From: a virus | Lineage: Duplodnaviria > Caudoviricetes | Length of the DNA stretch: 57,624 nt | Virus record (IMG/VR): IMGVR_UViG_3300037488_002148 | Span: 1 to 57,624 of that record | Strand: one strand, 5' to 3' | In this document: in pieces, positions 38,557 to 48,056 of the stretch | Numbering within the stretch: position 1 is the first letter of the stretch | How the letters are laid out: every line of letters starts with the position of its first letter | The notes under the pieces: model-generated | What the model was told of the DNA's origin: nothing | The model's database searches: none | Seen by the model: only the letters and a program-made list of their open reading frames with translations | Program-made: the position numbers and the translations under genes

Positions 38557-41500
38557 ATGAAAAGTTTTAATACATACATTTCAAATATTAACGAATCAAT
38601 AGTCGATACTCCGCGATCAACCTATTCAAGAGACATATTTGATGCGGCTGAAACCGAAGAACCTACAATGAAGCCAGAAGTCAAGGAGTTTATTGAGAAC
38701 GGTTTAAAACAATTTGAAACCATTGCGCGTGTTAAAAAATATCAATTGATTGGAAGTATCTTAACACACAACTATCGCGATGACGCTGATTTGGACATAA
38801 GTGTTTTATTCCACACTGACAACTTAGACGATCAACAAAAAGAATTTCTACAGAAAGAACTGAATGAACGTGCTGTTATAATCAATGGTAGCTTAGTTCC
38901 GGGCACCGAACATCCAGTTAACTACTATGCACTGTTAGATGAAAATGTATATAACACTTCTGCCGAAACCGCAGAAGCTGTATTTGATATTAAAGATAAC
39001 CACTTTATACGAAAAGAAAATAAAGTAGGGTTGAATCTTGATGATTATATTGAAAAATTTCGAAGCCTTGTCGGTGAAATTGATATCATTAAGGGTGAGT
39101 TAAAAAGAGATCTTATTGATTATAAAGAACTATCAAAATTTTCTGAGAGTGATGTCGAGTCATTAAAAGAAAAGCTTCAACAAAAGCTTAAAGAGATTCA
39201 AGAAGATATACAGCAACTGATTCAACTTTACGTAAAAACGAAAGAAGACCGAAACGAAATATTTACTCGGCCAATGACACCAGAAGAAATTCGGCGATAT
39301 GGACAAAAGAATCGATTGCCCGAAAACGTTCTATATAAAATGTTAGAAAGATATCACTATTTGATATTGTTAAAAGCATTAAAAGATTTTTATAAACATA
39401 ATATACAAGACGTTGAAATATCTGAACAGATAATTGCTGAAGCGACTGCGGAAGAGATACATACCAAATACTATTCTAAAATACCAAAAGAAACATTTGA
39501 TGAATTGTATAAACTTGATCCAACTTCTAAAGATAATAAGTTAGGCGAATACTCTAAGTGGATTTTGAACATCTATAACAAACTGACCTCGGTAACACAA
39601 AAAAATAGATTTATTGAAGAAGATGGTTACAAAATCACCAATGCTTTAGAGAGGTATAATAAAGCTAAGAAAGCCAATAAAATTGATAAAAAAGACATTA
39701 ACGTTTTTAAAACGCATAATGAACTAATAGATTATCTTGACACAAAAAATATCAAGAGCATCGAAGATGTCAAATCAAAAGCCGAGATTGATAAAGAAAT
39801 AAAGGAAGCTGGAGCCAAGAAAGTTTTTGAGAATGATGGTTGGTACGTTGTCGTACCAGAAACCCATGATGCTGCCTGTAAATATGGCGCTGGTACTCAG
39901 TGGTGTACAGCTAGCAAATCTAGTAATTTTTATGACAAATACACACATGATGGGCCTTTATATATCATCATATCTAAAAAAGAAAGAGATGCTGCTGATA
40001 GACCTGTAAAGTATCAATTTCATTTTCAATCTAATCAGTTCATGGATGCCAAAGATCGTTCAATTGCATCTACGTCTTCCCAGGCAAAGGAGTGGATCAG
40101 CGATGAGATGGGCGAAGCAGCCAGAGAGTTTTTTGATTCTGTTTACTCGTCTTTTGCTGAAAGGGTTGATCAGAAAGGATACAACGACCCAGAAATTAAG
40201 AAGGAAGCCGAAAAGATCGTTTCAAAGAAATATGCAAAATATAGCCGCGACAACGAATATTATGAATACGATTTTAATCGTGACATGGAAAGTGTGATCA
40301 CTTCCTTGCCATACGAAGCCCCGACATCTGAATTTATGGACTTGTATCATCGAATCGAAAGTTATAAACTTGGCGAAAACGAAGACGACGTGAACGCTCT
40401 TATTATACAAAGTCTTCGAGAGGATATTCCACAAGAATTGGAAGCTGCTTTGATAAAATATTATGAATTAAATCGCAAAGATTTTTTATCATATGACGAA
40501 TTACAAGATCATTTATACGATGAGAAGATTCTAGCTGACGATAAATTAATGGCGGAATTGCAAAACGTCTATAAGGAAATAGCCAATAACGAGTTAGCGG
40601 CTCAAGCGAAAGATCTATTCATTGACGAATTGTACAGCGTTCGTACATATATTAGTCAACCCTACAGCGACGATTCTTCAGAATTCAATCTAGATCTTCG
40701 TCTATTTGATGGCAACGGTAAACCGATTAATACAGATATGTCAGTTGCAGAGTTGGTTGATGCCAGGAATATAGTTTCAGTTTTTGATGGGTCTAACATT
40801 GTCGATCTTGCAATAATACTTGATAGCGATGACTGGGATGTTAATTCGTATTATGATGATTATGAATTTCGAGATAAACTGAAAGACCTCGATTTACCCG
40901 AAGTCAATTTCACCCAAATTAGATCAAAGGCTATACAAGCAATAAACAATTTTCTAGGTAAAGGTTCTGTAGAACACGAGAAACAATTAGCCCTTGATCT
41001 ATCACATAGAATACCTCTAAAGTTTAAAAACTTCTTAAACGAAGTACATTACCGTGACTATTTTCACGAAAATTTTGACGTATTTAGAAAAAAGTACCTA
41101 AAATTTCTAAAGAAGAATGCGACAGAAGCGAAAGATTTGTACGTGAATTTTACCAATCATACTGGTGATATGATTGATAAAACGTTCTCATTAAGTCCAA
41201 ATCATCGCGACCCCATCGGTTTATATGGCTATCCTTTAGAATATGTTTTGAAATATCCCGCCGATATCTGGTATGGCGCTAACGCCAAGTATCTTCGTGT
41301 CTTAAAACACGAAAAGAAGCAGATGACTTGTTATTTACAAGAAATAAGTGAGAATTCTGTCATTCGTAATATCGGAAAAATATATGATATAGGTTGGGGT
41401 GAGGCTAATGAAGTTTATTCTCAAACCCTTAAATGGCTCCGAAAGTGGGGAAGAGCAAATACTGTAAGCGAAGGTGCAATATTCTTTTTCAACATACAGC

Positions 41501-42369
41501 ATAACATGATGGCGGAACCTGAATACAAAGAAGATGGGTGGTCTTCATCGAAAGAAAAACCACTATACCCCGAAAGAAAGCCATTAGAGCAATCAAAGCT
41601 TCTATTGAAGATGGGATATCTTTCTGTGGTTGATTCGGGCCGTACTGGGCGCAAAGCAATCATTAATGACCGCGAACCAGAACAGATTATATTTTTACGC
41701 CGCGATGCTTTTGATACTGTCGAAACTATAACAATGAATCTGAAATCTGATTACGTTGCAACATCAAAAGACCCAAGTAGGGTTGAACGAAAACTTGTAG
41801 CCGATCTTGCTGGTGTTATGGGCGATAAGATTACAGAAGGCCCGGAACGTTCGGGTCTTGGAGGCTGGTCTTTTTATTGGACAAAGAACGGTCGGCGAAT
41901 TGGTGTAGACTTTGAGTGGTCGTCAGAATATTTTGAGAAAATGCAAGCAACCCGAAAAATGGGAGAAAAGAAACATAAAGAATATAAACTCAATGACATG
42001 AAACAGATTCTTATACAAGTTCAAACTGAATATGGGCCAATTGAGTTTACATATGAACCTGATAGCGAATTTTCAGAGATCGTAAAAGACTTTGAAAAGG
42101 ACTGGGAAGATATTCAAAAGAAAGAAAAGTCTGCTGTTTGGAAGTCTGAAAACAAAACCGAGTTCCTCAAGAAGAAAGAAATAGAAAAAACGTTGGCTTA
42201 TTATAAACAATGGTTTAAAGATTTTTTTCCTGGCAAATGGAACGACCATGCAGACGATAGAGGGTATCGTATTGAAACCGAAGAAGAATTGAAAAAACAT
42301 CTCATTAGCAAAAACCCCGAACTCAAAGATGATATTGAACGTGTTTACAAAGAAGCAATGGGTTTATGA
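38557..42369 (+). CDS. large capsid-targeted multidomain protein (Pol-beta NTase, GTQWC domain, ART-like domain)
   Basis: ATAAATA at 38542; MKSFNTYISNINE; GS...DADLD; AACKYGAGTQWCTAS; internal LKFKNFLNE; PIGLYGYP...GY..VVD.G...EPEQ. Confidence 0.75.
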   Translation: MKSFNTYISNINESIVDTPRSTYSRDIFDAAETEEPTMKPEVKEFIENGLKQFETIARVKKYQLIGSILTHNYRDDADLDISVLFHTDNLDDQQKEFLQKELNERAVIINGSLVPGTEHPVNYYALLDENVYNTSAETAEAVFDIKDNHFIRKENKVGLNLDDYIEKFRSLVGEIDIIKGELKRDLIDYKELSKFSESDVESLKEKLQQKLKEIQEDIQQLIQLYVKTKEDRNEIFTRPMTPEEIRRYGQKNRLPENVLYKMLERYHYLILLKALKDFYKHNIQDVEISEQIIAEATAEEIHTKYYSKIPKETFDELYKLDPTSKDNKLGEYSKWILNIYNKLTSVTQKNRFIEEDGYKITNALERYNKAKKANKIDKKDINVFKTHNELIDYLDTKNIKSIEDVKSKAEIDKEIKEAGAKKVFENDGWYVVVPETHDAACKYGAGTQWCTASKSSNFYDKYTHDGPLYIIISKKERDAADRPVKYQFHFQSNQFMDAKDRSIASTSSQAKEWISDEMGEAAREFFDSVYSSFAERVDQKGYNDPEIKKEAEKIVSKKYAKYSRDNEYYEYDFNRDMESVITSLPYEAPTSEFMDLYHRIESYKLGENEDDVNALIIQSLREDIPQELEAALIKYYELNRKDFLSYDELQDHLYDEKILADDKLMAELQNVYKEIANNELAAQAKDLFIDELYSVRTYISQPYSDDSSEFNLDLRLFDGNGKPINTDMSVAELVDARNIVSVFDGSNIVDLAIILDSDDWDVNSYYDDYEFRDKLKDLDLPEVNFTQIRSKAIQAINNFLGKGSVEHEKQLALDLSHRIPLKFKNFLNEVHYRDYFHENFDVFRKKYLKFLKKNATEAKDLYVNFTNHTGDMIDKTFSLSPNHRDPIGLYGYPLEYVLKYPADIWYGANAKYLRVLKHEKKQMTCYLQEISENSVIRNIGKIYDIGWGEANEVYSQTLKWLRKWGRANTVSEGAIFFFNIQHNMMAEPEYKEDGWSSSKEKPLYPERKPLEQSKLLLKMGYLSVVDSGRTGRKAIINDREPEQIIFLRRDAFDTVETITMNLKSDYVATSKDPSRVERKLVADLAGVMGDKITEGPERSGLGGWSFYWTKNGRRIGVDFEWSSEYFEKMQATRKMGEKKHKEYKLNDMKQILIQVQTEYGPIEFTYEPDSEFSEIVKDFEKDWEDIQKKEKSAVWKSENKTEFLKKKEIEKTLAYYKQWFKDFFPGKWNDHADDRGYRIETEEELKKHLISKNPELKDDIERVYKEAMGL

Positions 42370-42812
42370 AGAAGTTCTTAGAATACCTACAAGAATCTGT
42401 GTCAGATCTACCATTTGCAGAATCTATTGAACATGGTTATCACTTCGAAACTGGGAAACCTGTAACATTTCCTTATCTTCGTAACACCGAAAAATCGCCT
42501 TATATGGGTCAACGATTTCAACAAGATATAGAGCCAAATGGAACGTATTGCGTGTTTAACGAGGTTTCTGATGACGACCCCATGCCTGGTTGGGAAAGGG
42601 GTGAAATGACGCTTAAAAACCCCTTGGCGCTTTTATGGAACACTAAACCTACGGGCGGCTATGATGAAAACAGTTGGAAGGCCATATTAGTTCAAAAATA
42701 TGACCGAAAGGGTAAGGCGTTAACATCCGCTTTAAAAAAAGATGGTTATGATGGCATAGTGACAATTGACCCAAAAACAAATAAAACGTTAGAAATTGTT
42801 AAGTTAGCGTGA
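42366..42812 (+). CDS. capsid-targeted protein, ADP-ribosyltransferase-like
   Basis: MKKFLEYLQE leader; LKNPL...LKKDGYDGIV...EIV pattern. Confidence 0.55.
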   Translation: MKKFLEYLQESVSDLPFAESIEHGYHFETGKPVTFPYLRNTEKSPYMGQRFQQDIEPNGTYCVFNEVSDDDPMPGWERGEMTLKNPLALLWNTKPTGGYDENSWKAILVQKYDRKGKALTSALKKDGYDGIVTIDPKTNKTLEIVKLA

Positions 42813-42834
42813 ATAACTTGTTGATTTCTTTATA

Positions 42835-42876
42835 TATAAATAACGGTTGACAATTACAAATGGCTTGTGTTAAACT
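42835..42876 (+). promoter_or_regulatory. tandem late promoter and sigma70-like promoter
   Basis: TATAAATA 42835-42; TTGACA-N18-TAAACT with TGn. Confidence 0.6.
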
Positions 42877-42894
42877 TAAATTAGAGGTATCACA

Positions 42895-43530
42895 GTGAAA
42901 AACTTTAAAGATTTTTTAAAAAGTGATAGAGATGAAATACAGACTGGTTTAGATGTCTGTTTTTCCAGTGTATGTGAAAGCACTCTGAGCGGTCTATTAG
43001 ATAAGTCTCAAAAGAACGATTTTGCCATTCTCACAGCGTATCGTAAAAGTAATTCAAAAGAACAAAACGTATCATTAAATCGCGAATTGCGTGGCACTTT
43101 AAACGCAAAGAAAATGGGCGTGTATCCTCTTGTGGGCCAGTGGGAAGAATGTCAAGACGACTCTATACCATATGATCAGTGCCCACCGGAAAAGAAACGG
43201 GTCGTTGTTGAGAGGTCTTATTTTGTTCCACGAAATCCAAATATCTCACCAGACGAATTCAAAGATTTGATTTTTGAACTTGGAAAAAAATATAAACAAG
43301 ATGGTGTTATATTAAAGCTTGAAACACCACCTCTCTTTGGGGTGTATGATCCAACTGCCGGTAAAGAACTTGTGAAATTTGAAAAGGGTATTACTGTTGG
43401 TAAACTGTCAAGCATGTATTCTAAATTTGTAAAGAAGATGAACGTTCCGTTTGTCTTTGAAGGTGTCGAAACTCCTAATGGCATCGTATATGCTCTAAAG
43501 AAGTTTCATGACATGGGTTTTAGATGGTAA
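42895..43530 (+). CDS. capsid-targeted SAM-lyase/DUF3293-like protein
   Basis: MKNFKDFL leader; ILTAYR..N..L, G.WEE, ERSYFV, LGKKYKQDGVI. Confidence 0.55.
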   Translation: MKNFKDFLKSDRDEIQTGLDVCFSSVCESTLSGLLDKSQKNDFAILTAYRKSNSKEQNVSLNRELRGTLNAKKMGVYPLVGQWEECQDDSIPYDQCPPEKKRVVVERSYFVPRNPNISPDEFKDLIFELGKKYKQDGVILKLETPPLFGVYDPTAGKELVKFEKGITVGKLSSMYSKFVKKMNVPFVFEGVETPNGIVYALKKFHDMGFRW

Positions 43531-43538
43531 GGTAAATT

Positions 43539-43796
43539 ATGACATTTTATGTATGTTTTGGAAAAACTGATTTTAGCGTGAACGCCAACTGGACTGTTGG
43601 TATTAGAATATCTTTATTTTATATATCAATTTGTCTTCTTCCTACTAATATTGAACAAGCTCTGATAACATCCCTATATCAAACCGATTTAGCAACATAT
43701 CAAAGCATGTTGTTGCTTGAGCTGATTAAAGAAAAACTTCCAGAAGAATATGAGAAATTGATCCCGCGAGTACCAGCGGAAGAAGAATTAAATTAA
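43539..43796 (+). CDS. hypothetical protein
   Basis: 85-aa ORF with AAGG SD. Confidence 0.6.
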   Translation: MTFYVCFGKTDFSVNANWTVGIRISLFYISICLLPTNIEQALITSLYQTDLATYQSMLLLELIKEKLPEEYEKLIPRVPAEEELN

Positions 43797-43798
43797 GA

Positions 43799-43827
43799 TT
43801 GACATTGTAGAAGCAATAAGATAGACT
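43799..43827 (+). promoter_or_regulatory. sigma70-like promoter for primase, near-leaderless
   Basis: TTGACA-N17-TAGACT; ATG 8 nt downstream. Confidence 0.55.
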
Positions 43828-43834
43828 TCTATAT

Positions 43835-44854
43835 ATGTCATTGTTTCATGATATAAAATTTGTCAATCTTCTAGCTTCACAGCTTCCTCGATTTAAACGT
43901 AAAAGCGAATACCTATGGAATTCGAGATGCCCCATTTGTGGGGACAGTGCTAAGAAAAAAAGCAAAGCCCGTGGCTACATATATCGGAAGAAAAATGATC
44001 TGTTCTATAAATGCCACAACTGTGGTATTGGCTTATCACTTGGTAACTTTATAAAATTTGTTTCGCCTTCGTTGTACAATACATATGTCTTTGAACGATA
44101 TCAAAACGGAGAATCGAAAAAGGCACATTCAACACCAAGTTTTGAAGAATACAAACCCAAGAAAACACAAGTAAATTTAAACCTTCCCAATATAATCGAA
44201 TTAAGGGAAACTCATCCAGCATATGAATATTTGATTAAACGCCAAATTCCATTGGAACATTTATCTCTTTTTTATTACGCCGAAGATTTTCAGCAATGGG
44301 CACTAGAAATAACTAAGGGCGAATATAAATCGAAGTATCACACTGAGGATTCTGACCCGCGTATTGTTATACCATTTTTAGATCGTACCGGAAAGTTGGT
44401 AGCAGTACAAGGTCGTTCATTGTTACCTTCTCACTTGCGATATATTACACTTAAATTTGATGAAGAGAGTCCAAAGATTTTTGGTTTAGAGCGCTGGAAA
44501 TCAAATGAAAAAACCTTCATAACAGAAGGCCCGTTTGATTCCCTGTTTCTTCCAAATGCTTTAGCGATGGCTGGAACAACGGTTGACATATCTGCTATTG
44601 TGGAAAACAAAGCTAACATTGTGTATGTGTTTGATAACGAGCGCCGTAGTAAAGATATAGTTCATTTGATGTTGAAGGTTGCTAAAGCGGGATATAAAAT
44701 TGCATTATGGAATGAATCTAATACACATAAAGATATAAATGAAATGGTGCTTTCGGGAAGAAGTAAAGAAAGTATATTGTCAGAGATTGATGACAACACT
44801 AAATCTGGCTTAGAAGCGATTCTACAAATTAATTGTTGGAAGAAATGCGAATAA
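43835..44854 (+). CDS. gp61: DNA primase
   Basis: CPICGDS...CHNC zinc finger, RIVIPF, QGR, TOPRIM EGPFDS, FDNE, KDINEM. Confidence 0.95.
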   Translation: MSLFHDIKFVNLLASQLPRFKRKSEYLWNSRCPICGDSAKKKSKARGYIYRKKNDLFYKCHNCGIGLSLGNFIKFVSPSLYNTYVFERYQNGESKKAHSTPSFEEYKPKKTQVNLNLPNIIELRETHPAYEYLIKRQIPLEHLSLFYYAEDFQQWALEITKGEYKSKYHTEDSDPRIVIPFLDRTGKLVAVQGRSLLPSHLRYITLKFDEESPKIFGLERWKSNEKTFITEGPFDSLFLPNALAMAGTTVDISAIVENKANIVYVFDNERRSKDIVHLMLKVAKAGYKIALWNESNTHKDINEMVLSGRSKESILSEIDDNTKSGLEAILQINCWKKCE

Positions 44855-45153
44855 AACTAAATAATCATCAAAGATTTGCATTAGAGTTACTAGAGCAATT
44901 GCCCAGGTTTCTTGATCAACAAATCTCTATATCAGTTGATCAAGAATTCATTATTTTGGGTTCTCAACTTAAACAAACGGTTAACGAAATGTTAGATAAA
45001 AAATTAATACCTACGGTCGCGCATGTTACGCGCCTTGAACAAATTATCCGTCGACGGTGGATGGAAGATATTCGTTTAGAAATTATAGAATATCGAAAAA
45101 TATTAGAAGATCTGGATCATAAGACTCGTAAGAAAATTCCAGCCAAGAAATAA
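44845..45153 (+). CDS. hypothetical protein
   Basis: ORF overlapping the primase stop. Confidence 0.6.
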   Translation: MRIKLNNHQRFALELLEQLPRFLDQQISISVDQEFIILGSQLKQTVNEMLDKKLIPTVAHVTRLEQIIRRRWMEDIRLEIIEYRKILEDLDHKTRKKIPAKK

Positions 45154-45217
45154 AATAAGTCTTTATTCTTTTTTAAAAATGACATATGATACGGGTGTTT
45201 CTTTTTAGGGGATAAGA

Positions 45218-47128
45218 ATGTCGGCATTACCAACTTTATATCAACAAATGATTCACATTTCAAGGTATTCACGATGGATTCCAGAAGAAAATCGTCGAGA
45301 AACTTGGGAAGAGACGGTCAAACGATACTTTGATTTCTTTCAAAAACACCTGTTAGATACTTGCGATTTCCATTTAAATAAAGATTTGCGAAAAGAATTG
45401 GAATCGGCAGTTTTAAATTTAGAAATTATGCCATCGATGCGTTGCTTGATGACAGCTGGTGCTGCGTTAGAAAAAGATGCTGTGGCGGGTTACAACTGTT
45501 CTTTTCTAGCTGTAGATACGCCCAGAGCATTTGATATCGCGATGTATCTTAGTATGTGTGGAGTTGGTGTTGGGTTTTCTGTCGAACGGCAATATGTATC
45601 ACTATTACCAACAATACCCGATGAACTATATACAACAGATACGACCATTGTTGTTGAAGACTCTAAAATTGGCTGGTCAAAAGCCTTTAAAGAATTGGTT
45701 GGAATGCTTTATATTGGACAGATACCTAAATGGGACTTATCTAAAATTCGCCCCGCCGGTACACCGTTAAGGACCTTCGGAGGCCGCTCCGCCGGTAGTG
45801 AACCCCTGAACAAACTATTTAAATTTGTCGTAAACGTTTTTAAAAATGCTCCTGGAAGAAAATTACAATCGATTGAGTGTCACGATATTATGTGCATGGT
45901 TGGTGAGATTGTTGTCTCAGGTGGAAAGAGACGATCAGCTCTCATTAGCTTATCTAATGTATCTGACGACAGAATGCGTGAAGCTAAGAGCGGTCAATGG
46001 TGGCTAGAGAATTCCCAGCGAGCATTGGCCAATAATTCTGCATGTTTTACCGAAAAACCCGATATGGGAATATTTTTTAAAGAATGGTATTCATTATACA
46101 CCTCAAGATCTGGCGAACGGGGAATATTTAATTTACAAGGCGCAAAAAAGCATATCAAAGAAAACGTCGAAAGACGTGATAGTAGTTTGATACTAGGCAC
46201 AAATCCTTGCGGCGAAGTACTTCTACGGAATCATGAATTTTGTAATCTTTCTGAAGTTGTTATTCGTGCCACAGATAAAAAAGACGACATCAAAAGAAAG
46301 ATCCAATTGGCAACGATTCTTGGAACATTCCAATCAACCTTAACAGATTTTCGTTATATACAAAAAGATTGGAAAAAGAATTGTGAAGAGGAGAGATTGT
46401 TGGGCGTCTCTTTAACTGGTATTATGGACAATAATCTCACAAACAAACCCAGCACTGATTTACAAACTTTTTTGGTTGAACTAAAACAGCTTGTGATAGC
46501 AACCAATGAAAAATTTGCAACCAAATTGAAAATTGACGCGGCGGCAGCCTGCACAGCCATAAAACCGTCAGGCACTGTTAGTTCTTTGGTCAATTCATCT
46601 TCTGGTATTCATGCCCGGCACTCAAAGTATTATATTCGTTCGATACGAATGGACAACAAAGATCCCGTGTGTAAACTATTAAAAGACGCAAATATACCCA
46701 ACGAACCCGATTGCATGAACGATTCGACGACGGTTTTTTTCTTTCCGATGAAAATACCAAACGAAAGTATTCTTCGCAACGACTTAACGGCTATACAACA
46801 ACTAGAGTTATATTTAATATATAAAAACTTTTACACAGAACATACGGTTTCCATTACTATCAACGTTAAAGAATCCGAATGGCTAGAGGTTGGAGCATTT
46901 GTATATAAGCATTTTAATGATATTAATGGTGTGTCTTTTCTTCCATACTCTGATTCGTGTTATAAACAATCGCCATATCAAGAATGTACTAAAGAAGAAT
47001 ATGAAGAAGCTGTTGTTAAAATGCCAAAAGTAGTGGACTGGACTAAGCTCAAAGAATATGAAACACAAGATAGTACAACGGCTAGTAAAGAATTGGCCTG
47101 TTCAGGTTCTAGCTGTGAGTTGATTTAA
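45218..47128 (+). CDS. nrdJ: class II (adenosylcobalamin-dependent) ribonucleotide reductase
   Basis: RRETWEE, MPSMR, YNC, RRSALI, TNPCGE, IKPSGT, C-terminal CSGSSC; no beta subunit gene adjacent. Confidence 0.92.
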   Translation: MSALPTLYQQMIHISRYSRWIPEENRRETWEETVKRYFDFFQKHLLDTCDFHLNKDLRKELESAVLNLEIMPSMRCLMTAGAALEKDAVAGYNCSFLAVDTPRAFDIAMYLSMCGVGVGFSVERQYVSLLPTIPDELYTTDTTIVVEDSKIGWSKAFKELVGMLYIGQIPKWDLSKIRPAGTPLRTFGGRSAGSEPLNKLFKFVVNVFKNAPGRKLQSIECHDIMCMVGEIVVSGGKRRSALISLSNVSDDRMREAKSGQWWLENSQRALANNSACFTEKPDMGIFFKEWYSLYTSRSGERGIFNLQGAKKHIKENVERRDSSLILGTNPCGEVLLRNHEFCNLSEVVIRATDKKDDIKRKIQLATILGTFQSTLTDFRYIQKDWKKNCEEERLLGVSLTGIMDNNLTNKPSTDLQTFLVELKQLVIATNEKFATKLKIDAAAACTAIKPSGTVSSLVNSSSGIHARHSKYYIRSIRMDNKDPVCKLLKDANIPNEPDCMNDSTTVFFFPMKIPNESILRNDLTAIQQLELYLIYKNFYTEHTVSITINVKESEWLEVGAFVYKHFNDINGVSFLPYSDSCYKQSPYQECTKEEYEEAVVKMPKVVDWTKLKEYETQDSTTASKELACSGSSCELI

Positions 47129-47150
47129 AAATCGTTTCATAAATATCAAT

Positions 47151-47696
47151 ATGAAGTGTTGTGTTGGTATTGATTATAGTTTGTGTTGTCCGGCAGTTTG
47201 TGTGCATCTTGGTGATATATTTTCCTTATCTAATTGCCAATTCTTTTTTTTAACCGACCGTAAAAAATTTGAATTGATATCTAAACAATTTCATGGATAT
47301 CCGCATAGAGACTATAATTCACCAGAACAACGATATGACCAATTGTCTGATTGGGTATTATCTCACACCCCCAAAGCTGCTACCATTGCAATTGAGGGTT
47401 ATTCTTTTGGCTCTCGTGGCGGAAGAGCATTCGATATCGGCGAGGCTGGGGGTATACTTAAACACAAGCTTTATAAAGCAAATTATAAAGTTGAAATAGT
47501 ACCACCAACCGTTGTAAAAAAAGTTGCTTCTGGTAAGGGGAATGCTGATAAAATTTTAATGGGAGAAGCGTTTCAAAAAGAAACTGGAAGAGATTTGTAT
47601 TGCGAATTCAATTGTTCTTTAGGTAAAAGTCCAATAGCCGATATTATAGATTCTTTTTATGTGTGTAAAATAGGGTATTTAAACAACAATAAATAA
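47151..47696 (+). CDS. RuvC-like Holliday junction resolvase
   Basis: GIDYS, IEGYSFG, PTVVKK..GKGNADK, DIIDS. Confidence 0.8.
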   Translation: MKCCVGIDYSLCCPAVCVHLGDIFSLSNCQFFFLTDRKKFELISKQFHGYPHRDYNSPEQRYDQLSDWVLSHTPKAATIAIEGYSFGSRGGRAFDIGEAGGILKHKLYKANYKVEIVPPTVVKKVASGKGNADKILMGEAFQKETGRDLYCEFNCSLGKSPIADIIDSFYVCKIGYLNNNK

Positions 47697-47720
47697 TTCA
47701 TATAAAACATAAAGAATTAT

Positions 47721-48056
47721 ATGCGTCTAAAAATATGCAGTGTGTTGGTCGGTCTTTTAATATTTCTTCAATTTTTGGATGGCTATTTTACATATCTCGG
47801 TTTATGTGCCCATGGTATAGCAATAGAAGCAAACCCGATTATTGTTTATTTTATAGACATATTTGGTTATTTTTGGGGGCTGGTTCTCCCAAAAGCAATA
47901 GGTATATTATTGATAATATTCATATATGATGCAATCCGTACAACATTAACTCCCAGGATTTATCATGTAGTTCTTTTAACAATACTAAATATGTTTTATA
48001 TTTGGGCAGTCTCCGATTGGTTTAATGCTCTTGTTTCAATGGGTTTACTATTATGA
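47721..48056 (+). CDS. membrane protein (DUF5658-like)
   Basis: D..FT...EANP motif and three TM segments. Confidence 0.7.
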   Translation: MRLKICSVLVGLLIFLQFLDGYFTYLGLCAHGIAIEANPIIVYFIDIFGYFWGLVLPKAIGILLIIFIYDAIRTTLTPRIYHVVLLTILNMFYIWAVSDWFNALVSMGLLL

